From a virus (lineage: Duplodnaviria; Heunggongvirae; Uroviricota; Caudoviricetes): a DNA stretch of 64,000 nt. Below, in pieces: positions 20,256-29,284 of the stretch. The stretch is taken from the IMG/VR virus record IMGVR_UViG_2703718772_000011; one strand, 5' to 3'. Within the stretch, counting starts at the first letter, position 1. Each line of letters opens with the position of its first letter. The notes under the pieces were generated by a model. It had not been told where the DNA came from, did not search any database, and saw only the letters and a program-made list of their open reading frames with translations. The position numbers and the translations under genes were made by a program.

Positions 20256-20431
20256 GCTGCCACCTCTTTGATTACATCAAATGCTGAATTAAATACGAGC
20301 ACGATAGCCAAAGCGTTTATGACTACGTCGTGCACCGGGGAAAAGACTTTACGAATGACACCAGTGAAAATGCAGTCGATGACAAAAGCTATTGAAACGA
20401 TGAGTAACAAGTATTCAATAAAAATCTTCAT
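20252..20431 (-). CDS. small membrane protein (59 aa; below the ORF-track cutoff)
   Basis: Hand translation MKIFIEYLLLIVSIAFVIDC...; two hydrophobic segments; stop overlaps next start as ATGA. Confidence 0.3.
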   Translation of the reverse strand: MKIFIEYLLLIVSIAFVIDCIFTGVIRKVFSPVHDVVINALAIVLVFNSAFDVIKEVAA

Positions 20432-20470
20432 GATAGGTAGATACTAACTTATATAAATTTTACTGTAAAC

Positions 20471-20746
20471 TCACTCAAAAGTGCTGATGCTTAAAATACG
20501 CTCAAGATGTTCGGCATCTTCATCACTGATTTGTTGAGTCTCTTCTACGTACCAACAGTTGCCGTTATGCCAACAAACACCATCATCATCAACCATCACT
20601 GAATCAGCGTCATGACCTGTATATTCAACGAGAATACGCTGGATCAGCGCGTCAGTTTCTTCGTCGTTAAGGCCATCGGCTTTGACCATAAAAAGCGGAA
20701 ACACGTCATAGACAGTGCTGGTAACGATTCGAACTAAAACTCTCAT
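20471..20746 (-). CDS. hypothetical acidic protein (91 aa)
   Basis: ORF preceded by the conserved initiation motif. Confidence 0.5.
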   Translation of the reverse strand: MRVLVRIVTSTVYDVFPLFMVKADGLNDEETDALIQRILVEYTGHDADSVMVDDDGVCWHNGNCWYVEETQQISDEDAEHLERILSISTFE

Positions 20747-20801
20747 GTGTTTTTCCTTTTGTGGTTAGTGTTTACTTATTTTGTTAGTTATGAATAGGCG
20801 A

Positions 20802-21227
20802 TCAATCTTCTTGTTTAGGGAAAAACTGTTCAATAACTCTGTCAACGGCTGTGTCTATATGGAGTAGATGCCACACAACCATATCTTTGCTTCCCATGCC
20901 TTGTGTGAATATCACGTCATACTTACGCCATGCGCAGTGGAACCAATATGCTGAGTCATCAATTGGTAAATCCTCTCCCGCCTCTTTGAAGTATTTCAGC
21001 AGCATTGCCTGCTCTGCCGTTGGCGTTGGACCTATTTCCTGAGCGTACATACGGATGAATCGCTGCCAGTCTGTCTCGTCGGGGGTTGGATCTGGTGGGG
21101 TCATTTCTGCGATAGCGTTTCGTAGCTGATGCGCCCAATCAGGTTCAGGAAAGCCTTTTGCTACTTCATCATCAATAACATCCAGAGCCACGTTTGCGGC
21201 ATCGTAGAGTTTCTTAATAGCTGTCAT
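20802..21227 (-). CDS. hypothetical protein (141 aa)
   Basis: ORF; TTAAACAAATTGTTT palindrome just upstream. Confidence 0.5.
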   Translation of the reverse strand: MTAIKKLYDAANVALDVIDDEVAKGFPEPDWAHQLRNAIAEMTPPDPTPDETDWQRFIRMYAQEIGPTPTAEQAMLLKYFKEAGEDLPIDDSAYWFHCAWRKYDVIFTQGMGSKDMVVWHLLHIDTAVDRVIEQFFPKQED

Positions 21228-21275
21228 GTTTTCTTATCCTTTTAAACAAATTGTTTTCTTAATAAGATAATTGCG

Positions 21276-21301
21276 ATAAAAAAGGCGTCCAACTGGACGC
21301 C
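21276..21301 (-). terminator. rho-independent terminator (ggcgtcc-aact-ggacgcc plus T-run on minus strand)
   Basis: Stem-loop followed by T-run after the SPFH gene; same stem sequence as terminators at 22416 and 26022. Confidence 0.7.
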
Positions 21302-21318
21302 TGAACTTTTTAGGGGAG

Positions 21319-22149
21319 TTATTTCACTGTAATGAAAGGAGTGTTAGCCCCTTGAGTCATGTACTGCGGTAACTGGCCATTCCATTTATTGATGGCTTCC
21401 AGTTCCATAACGTTCGGGTTTTGACGCAGAGCTTCACCGCGCAGACGAATGGCGTCTGCTTCTGCTTGCGCACGAGCACGGATAGCATCAGCTTCACCAT
21501 TAGCCTGTTCACGTAGCATATTCGCCTCAGCTTTACGTTGTTCAACTTCCTGCTGACGTTGCAGAGTACGCTGGTTAGCCGTTACTTTGGCGTTAATAGA
21601 TTCAATGACAGTTTTTGGGTAATCAGGCTTTCCAACCCATGACAGGCTCAGTACCTCAATACCAACCGGAGACATCTCTTTCTGAATATCTTTCAGTGCG
21701 TTGTCCAGCAATTGTGCCTTACCACCGTCGATAAATGAGTCAGTGGTCATACGGCTGGCCAAACGGTTTAGAGAGTCGGCAATTTTCTGACGCAGATCTG
21801 ATTCGGTGATATCGTCTACGCCTTTGCGATAGGTCTGGAACACCGTCGTTACCTTGTCACGATTAACCAGATACGCAACGCCAATTTTGTGACCAATAGC
21901 AGTACCGTCACTCATCTGGAATGTGAACGGCTCGTCGTAGGTCTTCATTTGTTTGAAGGTCGGGAATACGTAAAGTTCGGTGTTAAGACCTGTCCATTGG
22001 CGACCAACGCCAACCACTTCACCAATCCCTTTGTCTTCACCTAATTTGTTTACTTTGATGCCAACGTATCCAGGCTCCACGCGATCACAGCCAGTAAGAC
22101 CCATTGTGCAAATAGCCGCCAGAGCAACTGCAAGTAAACCTTTCTTCAT
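21319..22149 (-). CDS. SPFH/band-7 domain lipoprotein
   Basis: Lipobox LTGC after signal peptide; prohibitin/HflC-like core; C-terminal coiled coil (EADAIRARAQAEADAIR). Confidence 0.7.
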   Translation of the reverse strand: MKKGLLAVALAAICTMGLTGCDRVEPGYVGIKVNKLGEDKGIGEVVGVGRQWTGLNTELYVFPTFKQMKTYDEPFTFQMSDGTAIGHKIGVAYLVNRDKVTTVFQTYRKGVDDITESDLRQKIADSLNRLASRMTTDSFIDGGKAQLLDNALKDIQKEMSPVGIEVLSLSWVGKPDYPKTVIESINAKVTANQRTLQRQQEVEQRKAEANMLREQANGEADAIRARAQAEADAIRLRGEALRQNPNVMELEAINKWNGQLPQYMTQGANTPFITVK

Positions 22150-22152
22150 TAC

Positions 22153-22353
22153 TTATTTCCCCTTTGCTTTGATTAATGAGTTGATAAACTTACGACCAGC
22201 AATAAGACCGATTACAGGAGCACCAAAACCAACGATAACTCCAAACATGACGGCTAAATCACTCTTGGTAGAAATCAGCGACGGAACCAGTAAACCGTAG
22301 ATGAGAGCCACTGAAAGGCCTGTGGCTACTGCCAATAGATAGATTTTGATCAT
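22153..22353 (-). CDS. small membrane protein (66 aa)
   Basis: Two hydrophobic helices; immediately upstream of the SPFH gene. Confidence 0.5.
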   Translation of the reverse strand: MIKIYLLAVATGLSVALIYGLLVPSLISTKSDLAVMFGVIVGFGAPVIGLIAGRKFINSLIKAKGK

Positions 22354-22415
22354 GTGTTTTCCTATGTGGTTGTTATGCGAAAATAATAAGTAAGTACTTA
22401 TATATTTTCAAGAGA

Positions 22416-22440
22416 TAAAAAAGGCGTCCTGTGGACGCCT
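22416..22440 (-). terminator. rho-independent terminator (ggcgtcc-tgt-ggacgcc plus T-run)
   Basis: Directly after the recA-like gene stop. Confidence 0.7.
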
Positions 22441-22445
22441 TGTGT

Positions 22446-24785
22446 TTACTCTTCTACTGACTCGGTGGGGTTGTCTTTTGCTCTTCGGTCGTCGATTGCC
22501 TGCAAAGCCGCAATGATTTCAGCCAGTGGCTTCTCCCGATACATCTCGACGATCTGCGATTTGGTGTATTTCTTGTCACCAATTTCAACTCGCCCGCTGG
22601 CGTTCTTTGGCAGGTATCCTTCTTCCAGCATGTACTCGACGAGCGATTCGATAACGTCGAGGCCACGAGTAGGATCGAAGTAGAATTTCCAGGTGCATTT
22701 GCCATACGGTGGTGCAACTTTGTTTTTGATGCATTCTGCGCCTACGTCCTGGCCGATCTTCTCTTTACCATCCTTCATCACCGATGCACCAAGACGGATA
22801 CGTACAGAAGCGTAGAACTTCGGTGAATCTCCACCTGGCGACGTAGTAGGGTCGCCAAACATTACACCGATTTTTGTGCGAACCTGATTCAAGAAGATGA
22901 TGCAGGCGTTGTATTTGCGTGCCCACAAAGCCAGAGTAGGGAAGTTCGCACTCGTCGCACGAGCCAGTGCCGTATTGTCGTTCATGTTTAGCTGATCTTT
23001 GTCTTTGGCAGTGCCTTCAGCCATCTTTTCGAACTTCTCGGCTTTGGAGTTCGGAACCATAGACGCAAGAGAGTCAGCCACGATACAGATTGGTGCTGAT
23101 TCGGGGATAAGCTCTTCATCACGAACCAATTTAAGTATTGTGCCGATCAACTCTACAGAGTCTTCGAAGGTATCTGGCTGCTTGTATACCCACTGACCGT
23201 CATCCTCATCTGCGTTCAGGCCATTGGCTACAGCCAGGCCAACGTCAAAACTGTTTTCATGATCGAGGAATACCGCCAGACCATCTTGTTTTTGAGCGGA
23301 GATCATCGCTGCTGTTGCAAGGAATGTGTTGTGGCTGATAATCCCGTTAGACCAGAAAGAGTGTGTTTCCGGCATCGCTACGTCGAACGTTGGCGCTTCA
23401 CCTTCCTCAATAGCCACGACTTCGTCGTAGAACAAGTTAGAGCCAATTACCGCTGCCAGTTGTGCAAACAGATGCTCGTTAAAACGATTCTTTCTGCCAA
23501 TGAAGGAGACATAGATTTCTCGCAGTTTGTCTATTCCGACACGATCGCCGCGGCCAATAACGTGGTCTACCAGAGCGTAGTCTTCACGGGTGGTCTTGGT
23601 GAGCGACTCGTAGAGTGATTTCACTAAGCCGCTGATGTGCGGAACATAGCCTGAGTAAGTGCGGTCAAAACCAATGTCCCGTTTGGTTGCCACTGATAAA
23701 CGTGCCGGAGATTCGAAACCAATCGTTGACAGAAAAAGGTCGTAATTAGAGCCACTGAATGACAGCCGGTAATATGTATTTTCATAACCCGCGACGTGTT
23801 TTTCAGAGATAGTTGACGTAATCCCCAGATTCAGGAGCATGAGGCGAATTTGCTGTAGCAGCAGCCCACTCGCGCTCACAACCTCAATGCAGCGACCATC
23901 ATTGACGTGGCATTCCAGCTCAAAGTAGCCGCGAAGGAATGCAATTTGAGCCTCGCTATTGGCGCGACGCACACTCAACGGAACCTGCTTGCCAGCAGCT
24001 TTCTCATACTCCAGACCATATTCTTTAAAAAGCAGCGAACGCACCTCTTTGCTAAACAGCACATGGTCTTCCGAGCCGTTATGTTTTCTCGTAACTGGCA
24101 TCTTGTCTGATACCAGCGAAATGAGGCGGTAGTACTCATCCTTGATGAAAGGATCTGTGTTAGAAAAATTCACTGAATTTTCAGAGGCCACGTATCCGTC
24201 AGCAATTAAATAGCCCATCAGTTTTGCGATATTGGCATCCAGGTGCTGATCGCCGAATTGATGTGTGCCAACCATTGAAGGAATCGTGTCGCCTACACTG
24301 ATTTTTTCAGCATGTCGCCAGACGACATTACCTAAGTCGTCAACCACACGGATTGGGTGACGGAACGTAGCCTCGATATAACCGCCTGATGCCAGCTTAA
24401 TACGCTTGAATTTGCGACGGTTGTTCCATGTCAGGTGTGAGGTCTTCTCTATCACGCCATTTTCATTGATGAGTCCAACGTTATGCTCTACATCGCGAGT
24501 AGTGCATGTCGCTTTGTACCCTTCAATCTCAAACAACTCTTTCACTGTTACCATTCCACGCTCCGTCAGCAGCATGGTGTCTGCGGTAACACATTTCCCC
24601 GCACTTGGAGGACCGAATACTTCGACGATACGACCACATGGGAAGCCGCCATCGTAACGACCAGAAATAGCTTTGTTTAACGGTGGAAAGCCTGTATCAA
24701 TCCAATGAGTTACTTTCTGAATTTCGTCGTTGCTACCGATTTTCTTTTTCAGAGCAAGTGCCAGTGCGGATTTTCCTTTTGCCAT
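22446..24785 (-). CDS. recA: RecA-family recombinase interrupted by an intein
   Basis: Exteins (about 357 aa) align with E. coli RecA (GRIVEVFGPPSAGK / TFLATAAMISAQ..., IIFLNQVRTKIGVMFGDPTTSPGGDSPKFYASVRIRLG). A 422-aa insert splits the Walker A loop. Confidence 0.85.
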   Translation of the reverse strand: MAKGKSALALALKKKIGSNDEIQKVTHWIDTGFPPLNKAISGRYDGGFPCGRIVEVFGPPSAGKCVTADTMLLTERGMVTVKELFEIEGYKATCTTRDVEHNVGLINENGVIEKTSHLTWNNRRKFKRIKLASGGYIEATFRHPIRVVDDLGNVVWRHAEKISVGDTIPSMVGTHQFGDQHLDANIAKLMGYLIADGYVASENSVNFSNTDPFIKDEYYRLISLVSDKMPVTRKHNGSEDHVLFSKEVRSLLFKEYGLEYEKAAGKQVPLSVRRANSEAQIAFLRGYFELECHVNDGRCIEVVSASGLLLQQIRLMLLNLGITSTISEKHVAGYENTYYRLSFSGSNYDLFLSTIGFESPARLSVATKRDIGFDRTYSGYVPHISGLVKSLYESLTKTTREDYALVDHVIGRGDRVGIDKLREIYVSFIGRKNRFNEHLFAQLAAVIGSNLFYDEVVAIEEGEAPTFDVAMPETHSFWSNGIISHNTFLATAAMISAQKQDGLAVFLDHENSFDVGLAVANGLNADEDDGQWVYKQPDTFEDSVELIGTILKLVRDEELIPESAPICIVADSLASMVPNSKAEKFEKMAEGTAKDKDQLNMNDNTALARATSANFPTLALWARKYNACIIFLNQVRTKIGVMFGDPTTSPGGDSPKFYASVRIRLGASVMKDGKEKIGQDVGAECIKNKVAPPYGKCTWKFYFDPTRGLDVIESLVEYMLEEGYLPKNASGRVEIGDKKYTKSQIVEMYREKPLAEIIAALQAIDDRRAKDNPTESVEE
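23328..24593 (-). mobile_element. intein with LAGLIDADG homing-endonuclease domain inside recA P-loop
   Basis: Starts with Cys right after GPPSAGK, ends His-Asn followed by Thr (+1); internal KLMGYLIADGYV and FLRGYFELECHVNDG blocks. Confidence 0.8.
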
Positions 24786-24787
24786 GA

Positions 24788-25060
24788 TCAGGCTCCTTTT
24801 GTTTCGTTGATTCGTTTTAAAGCGGCGGATTCGTCGAATACAATCGCATCGTGATTAAGGAGTCTGGATACACGAGCGAGGATTTTTACGACCTGCTCGC
24901 TGACTAATCCAAACTCGCGATCTGTCGCTTTCATTCCGGCAGCGCCTAGAATTGACGGCAGTGCGATGACAGCGTACTCACCGTGATAAAAGACAATCTC
25001 TTTTGCCAGTTGGGTGGGGGTGGTTGTAGCGCCATTAATAATCGATTTAAGCATTAGCAA
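24788..25060 (-). CDS. hypothetical protein (90 aa)
   Basis: ORF between FEN and recA genes. Confidence 0.45.
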   Translation of the reverse strand: MLMLKSIINGATTTPTQLAKEIVFYHGEYAVIALPSILGAAGMKATDREFGLVSEQVVKILARVSRLLNHDAIVFDESAALKRINETKGA

Positions 25061-26049
25061 TACCTTTCGAATGGAAGAACAAACACTTCAAGGTCTTCAA
25101 GGAACGAACGGAAATTCAGCTCGTAGCACAGTTGCTCGAATGCTTTCACGTCACGATTGCCTTTGATTGTTTCGATTTCGGTAGGCGGAAACTTCGTCTC
25201 AATCAGGTTCATTAGCGTGATGTTTCTCTTGAACGCTTCGAGCATTCGACAGCCTGTTTTCTCGTTGAAGGCATTCTTCGCTAGTTTGTTGAAGGCGGTC
25301 TTATGACGCCCTTTATTAACCACGATTGAGCCGTCGTTGATGCCGCGTACCATCGTTGCGACACTTCCCCATTCATGCAGCAGCTCTTTCGCACCGCCAG
25401 CACCAATGCCACCAACACCGCTAATGTTGTCCGAGTTATCGCCTTGTAATGCTTTTGCTTCCAAAAATGCGCGAGGCGTGGCGAATCCTGTCAGCTCCGC
25501 AAATTGCTCAAAATTAACCTGCTTGTTTTTGGCGTCTTCACGCAGGCTTACCCAGCTTACGTTTTCACGAACTAACTGAAGCCAGTCGCTATCGCCTGTT
25601 AACAGATAGATGTGTTCAACGGTTGGCTGCGGTGCCATGCGGGATACCAGCAGCCCGGCCAGATCATCCGCTTCTGCATCTTTTGCAATGAGTTGGGTAA
25701 CTCCAAGCGCGGTCATCATTTTGAGGATGTATGGCTTCTGGATAGCAAAGCCTTCCTTCATCTTTTTCATATCAGGATCGTCGTCGCGATTTGCTTTGTA
25801 GTCCGGGTAAAAGTCGCGACGCTTGTCACTAAATCCATCCCAAAGAATCATAGGTCGGGCATGGAGGATGGAGGCATAACGACGGACGTTCTTAACAAAG
25901 CCGAAAGCAGCCTGTACTTCCATTTCGCCGTTGTGCAATTTGTCAGATTGTTGGTGGTAATAACCCAGGCTATTGCCATCTACGAAGAGATAATTCACCG
26001 GTACATTCCTTCCAAAAAGTAAGGCGTCCGTAGACGCCTTACTGGTCAC
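25054..26049 (-). CDS. 5'-3' exonuclease / flap endonuclease
   Basis: YLFVDGNSLGYYH, LTGDSDWLQLV, GDNSDNISGVGGIG motifs of the Pol I 5'-nuclease/FEN family. Confidence 0.85.
   Translation of the reverse strand: MTSKASTDALLFGRNVPVNYLFVDGNSLGYYHQQSDKLHNGEMEVQAAFGFVKNVRRYASILHARPMILWDGFSDKRRDFYPDYKANRDDDPDMKKMKEGFAIQKPYILKMMTALGVTQLIAKDAEADDLAGLLVSRMAPQPTVEHIYLLTGDSDWLQLVRENVSWVSLREDAKNKQVNFEQFAELTGFATPRAFLEAKALQGDNSDNISGVGGIGAGGAKELLHEWGSVATMVRGINDGSIVVNKGRHKTAFNKLAKNAFNEKTGCRMLEAFKRNITLMNLIETKFPPTEIETIKGNRDVKAFEQLCYELNFRSFLEDLEVFVLPFERYC
26022..26047 (-). terminator. rho-independent terminator (ggcgtc-cgta-gacgcc plus T-run)
   Basis: Directly after the SSB-like gene stop. Confidence 0.65.
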
Positions 26050-26058
26050 GTAATGGGA

Positions 26059-27087
26059 TTACAGAGAGTCCAGCTCTCTCAGTAGGTCATCCAGACCTTC
26101 ATCTTCCGTCGCAGATGCGGCTGCTACAGATGTCGCTGCGACTGCTTCAGACTCTTTGACTGATACGGCAACGGCAGCGGAACTTGCTTCTGGTTTAAAT
26201 TCAGTTTCAACGGCACGGAGGATTTCTTCATCAACCAGACTGGTTGGTTCAGAAGCTGGGGTGTGAGCGGTTGCTACAGCAGTCGCACCCTCCGTATGAC
26301 CAGTGACAGAGCCAAATCCAGGTAGTGCCGCAGCCGATGTTTTCGCGGTTGAGGAAATTGCTGGTGCAGATGCTGCGGCAGTTGGTGCAGCGATGCCAAT
26401 CAGACGACCCATAGTGCGAACTGTCGACAGAAGACGAGTTTCATCAGCCTGATTTGCGTATGCGATCAGATCATGCTGGGTGTTCCAGAATTTATCTTCG
26501 ATATCGCCTTTGTAGACTTTACGCTTAGGCGAGACGTCATATTTGGTATCGCGACCAGAGCCAGTACGTTTAATCAGGAATGCGTAGCCTTCCTCTTTGC
26601 TCAGTGGATTGCCGATATCATCAGCGATGTCTTCGGTGATTGCTTTGCAGATATCATCGAATACAGTAGACGGCAGCTCGATTAACTGGCATTTCTCAGC
26701 ATCTGCGAAATCCTCACGAGCAGAAAGAATGCCGTTGACCAGGTAGCGAGGAGTGGCACGCATTTGACCGATGCGTTCTTCCATTGCTTTGTTACCCTTG
26801 TGACGAGCGCGACCTTCCATCACCATTTCGCATAGCTGACAAGCGCGACCGTGAGTATGTTGCTCACAAATATAAGCGTTGGTTGCTTCTTTACCTTCCT
26901 CGTTCTGATACTTAACGTAGTGCATACCGAAAGTCTGGAAGAACTTACCGTTTGGGTCGTCTTTATTCGGGAAGATGCGGATATAGTTGACGCCGTCTTT
27001 TAAGCGAGTCAGATCAACGTTGTTGCCACGTTTGGCGGCAATGTCTTCACGAGTTTTGTTAAGCAAATCAAGTAATGTCTTAGACAT
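26059..27087 (-). CDS. single-stranded DNA-binding protein (T4 gp32-like, putative)
   Basis: His/Cys spacing H56..C74..C83..C86 like the gp32 zinc site, Ala/Ser linker, acidic C-terminal tail EDEGLDDLLRELDSL. Confidence 0.55.
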   Translation of the reverse strand: MSKTLLDLLNKTREDIAAKRGNNVDLTRLKDGVNYIRIFPNKDDPNGKFFQTFGMHYVKYQNEEGKEATNAYICEQHTHGRACQLCEMVMEGRARHKGNKAMEERIGQMRATPRYLVNGILSAREDFADAEKCQLIELPSTVFDDICKAITEDIADDIGNPLSKEEGYAFLIKRTGSGRDTKYDVSPKRKVYKGDIEDKFWNTQHDLIAYANQADETRLLSTVRTMGRLIGIAAPTAAASAPAISSTAKTSAAALPGFGSVTGHTEGATAVATAHTPASEPTSLVDEEILRAVETEFKPEASSAAVAVSVKESEAVAATSVAAASATEDEGLDDLLRELDSL

Positions 27088-27204
27088 GTGTTTCTCCTTG
27101 TTGTGATTTGGCCGATGGCGCTATGCGCGTTGGGCTTTCGTTCATTCGTGGCTCTTTCGAGCTGTTAAATGATAGATCAGTACTTACTTATTATCTATCA
27201 AAAA

Positions 27205-27636
27205 TCAACGGGGAGTAATAAAGCGTTCAGAGCCTAATCGCTCTAATTCAACGATGGCCATCTTTGACGCCTGAACGATCATGTCTCGGCGATGCGAAAA
27301 GGCGGCGACAGCATGTTTGTATATGTCTGCGATGTGCCGTGCTTCATCCAACTTCTGCCGTTTAGACAGATACTGTGGGTTTGTTTTAACCTTAGCGTCC
27401 AGTACAGACTCGTTGAACTTAATGCCGTTCATACTCAAGTTCTTACGCTCTGTGTCGTATAGCTTTGCTTCAACAGCTTCAAGGTTAAGTTTTGCCTCTG
27501 CGACATCTCGATCTGCCTGCGCTAGTTTTGACCCATACTCCATTAAAAGCCGTGGCTGTTTACGCCATACTTCCTCAAGGTTGTCGCGGTCGAACTCCAG
27601 ATCGGCCATGATTTTAGAAAAAATATCAGTGTTCAC
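27205..27636 (-). CDS. hypothetical protein (possible UvsY-like recombination mediator)
   Basis: 143 aa coiled-coil protein next to SSB and RecA-like genes; similarity to UvsY is only by size and context. Confidence 0.4.
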   Translation of the reverse strand: MNTDIFSKIMADLEFDRDNLEEVWRKQPRLLMEYGSKLAQADRDVAEAKLNLEAVEAKLYDTERKNLSMNGIKFNESVLDAKVKTNPQYLSKRQKLDEARHIADIYKHAVAAFSHRRDMIVQASKMAIVELERLGSERFITPR

Positions 27637-27844
27637 TCTAATAGGTTCCTACTTATAAAATCTGTATCAATTATATCAAACAGAGAACGGGTTTATGGCG
27701 TCATGTCAACTTTGTTCAGGGGAAAATATTGAGATCACCGAAGATAATTAGTTGTCTTATTTTGGTAAGCTGTGCTGACCATCTTTAGGTCACATACATG
27801 AGATGGATGGGGGTGTGGCATGAACGGATGAAATTCAGTCGCCG

Positions 27845-27873
27845 TTGACAGATGTCAACACTGTGAATAGAAT
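27845..27873 (+). promoter_or_regulatory. consensus sigma70 promoter (TTGACA-17-TAGAAT) with overlapping palindrome TTGACAgaTGTCAA
   Basis: Hexamers at 27845..27850 and 27868..27873; GGAGG RBS at 27883; ATG at 27891. Confidence 0.7.
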
Positions 27874-27890
27874 ACTATTATCGGAGGCGA

Positions 27891-28115
27891 ATGAAGCAAC
27901 ATCCGAATAAGCATATTCAAGCAGCCATTGACTATGCATTAAGTAAAGGCTGGATCTGGGTAGCAGCTGGTGGTGCTGCACATTGTTTTTGCAGACTGCG
28001 ATGCGGTAATCCAGAAGGTGAACACAAAACTCACCAAATGAGCGTATGGTCGACTCCGGGTAATCCCGAAAACCATGCCAAACAGATCAAACGAATGGTT
28101 GATCGTTGTAAATGA
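27891..28115 (+). CDS. small His/Cys-rich protein (74 aa; HicA-like toxin candidate, unverified)
   Basis: First gene after the promoter; KGW...GGAAH pattern loosely HicA-like. Confidence 0.5.
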   Translation: MKQHPNKHIQAAIDYALSKGWIWVAAGGAAHCFCRLRCGNPEGEHKTHQMSVWSTPGNPENHAKQIKRMVDRCK

Positions 28116-28175
28116 TTTCAAGGCGGCATTAGCCGCCTTTTGCAGAAACTGTCCAACTATCTTCAAAGGAAAACT

Positions 28176-28739
28176 ATGGCGCTTTATAACTTCACTCTGA
28201 CGCTCTCAGGCGTATCGTATGAGACGGAAGGACTGGAAGACGCGCTGTACCAAAACGGCTGTGACGATGCGCTAATTTGCGCATATGGAAACTCCGTCTA
28301 TGTAGAATTTGACCGCGAAGCACAATCACTTGATGCAGCTATCGCATCTGCGGTCGACAATATTGAATCAGCCGGTATCGGTGCAATTGTTGAATCCGTC
28401 GACTCGGCTCTTGTGGGCTTAAGCGATATCGCGGAACTGACAGACCTGTCTCGCCAGGCAGTGGCGTTGCTCAAAGACGGTAAGCGCGGAAGCGGCGACT
28501 TCCCTTGCCCTGTACAACGCATAAAAGGCCAGTCTCCTCTCTGGGATTGGGCTGATGTGGCTGAATGGCTCATGAATAACGGACGACTTAAAGAGGGCGA
28601 TCAAATTGTCCAAAATGCCCGAACTTTGAGTAAATGGAATCTGGCGCTTCGAAACAGCGTCTCGAAAGATTTCAACGAAATAGAGCAAATTGCGGAGAAA
28701 CTGATTAAACGCCGCAAAGATATTGCGAAATGCGCATAA
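28176..28739 (+). CDS. HTH-containing protein (187 aa; HicB-like antitoxin candidate, unverified)
   Basis: AAGGA RBS then Met at 28176; helix-turn-helix-like LSDIAELTDLSRQAVALLKDG. Confidence 0.5.
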   Translation: MALYNFTLTLSGVSYETEGLEDALYQNGCDDALICAYGNSVYVEFDREAQSLDAAIASAVDNIESAGIGAIVESVDSALVGLSDIAELTDLSRQAVALLKDGKRGSGDFPCPVQRIKGQSPLWDWADVAEWLMNNGRLKEGDQIVQNARTLSKWNLALRNSVSKDFNEIEQIAEKLIKRRKDIAKCA

Positions 28740-28740
28740 T

Positions 28741-28772
28741 GATGCCCGCCAATTGGCGGGCATCTGTTCTCT
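28741..28772 (+). terminator. hairpin terminator (gatgcccgcc-aatt-ggcgggcatc)
   Basis: Perfect 10-bp stem 2 nt after the stop; weak T-tract. Confidence 0.5.
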
Positions 28773-28855
28773 GTAAAGGTGTCTGGCATCGTCTGGTTCG
28801 TTAACGTTTACTAAACCAATGGTGACAAAAATTAGTTATCTTTGAAAAATAAAGG

Positions 28856-28884
28856 TTGCATGAAAAGAAGGGGTATGCGTTAAT
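28856..28884 (+). promoter_or_regulatory. candidate cspA-type promoter (TTGCAT-17-GTTAAT) with AT-rich upstream element
   Basis: Hexamers resemble the E. coli cspA promoter as I recall it; would give a 5' UTR of about 180 nt. Confidence 0.4.
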
Positions 28885-29068
28885 AGCATCGTTGGTTTGC
28901 AAGACAGACCTTATGTAAGCAGTTTTAGTAAAGCAGTCTCAGTTCAGTGTTATCTTCTGATTTCCCTTCTTCGTGAGTCTCCTCCTTAAGTGCCTAAGTA
29001 AGTCCCAATCTATACAGATCAAATTCTCGCCGCACTATGTGGCTCACAAAATTAAGAAGGTAATATCT

Positions 29069-29284
29069 ATGTCTAATAAAATGACTGGTTTAGTAAAATG
29101 GTTTAACTCTGATAAAGGCTTTGGCTTTATTTCTCCTGCTGATGGCAGTAAAGATGTTTTTGTACATTTTTCGGCAATTCAGAGTAATAATTTCCGCACT
29201 TTGGAAGAAGGCCAGCAGGTCGAATTCTCTATCGAGAATGGTGCTAAAGGCCCAGCAGCAGCAAATGTCGTTGCTCTAAGCTGA
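29069..29284 (+). CDS. cspA: cold-shock protein CspA family
   Basis: [38 protein letters not shown]..., near-identical in pattern to E. coli CspA; start at the internal Met preceded by AAGAAGG. Confidence 0.9.
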   Translation: MSNKMTGLVKWFNSDKGFGFISPADGSKDVFVHFSAIQSNNFRTLEEGQQVEFSIENGAKGPAAANVVALS

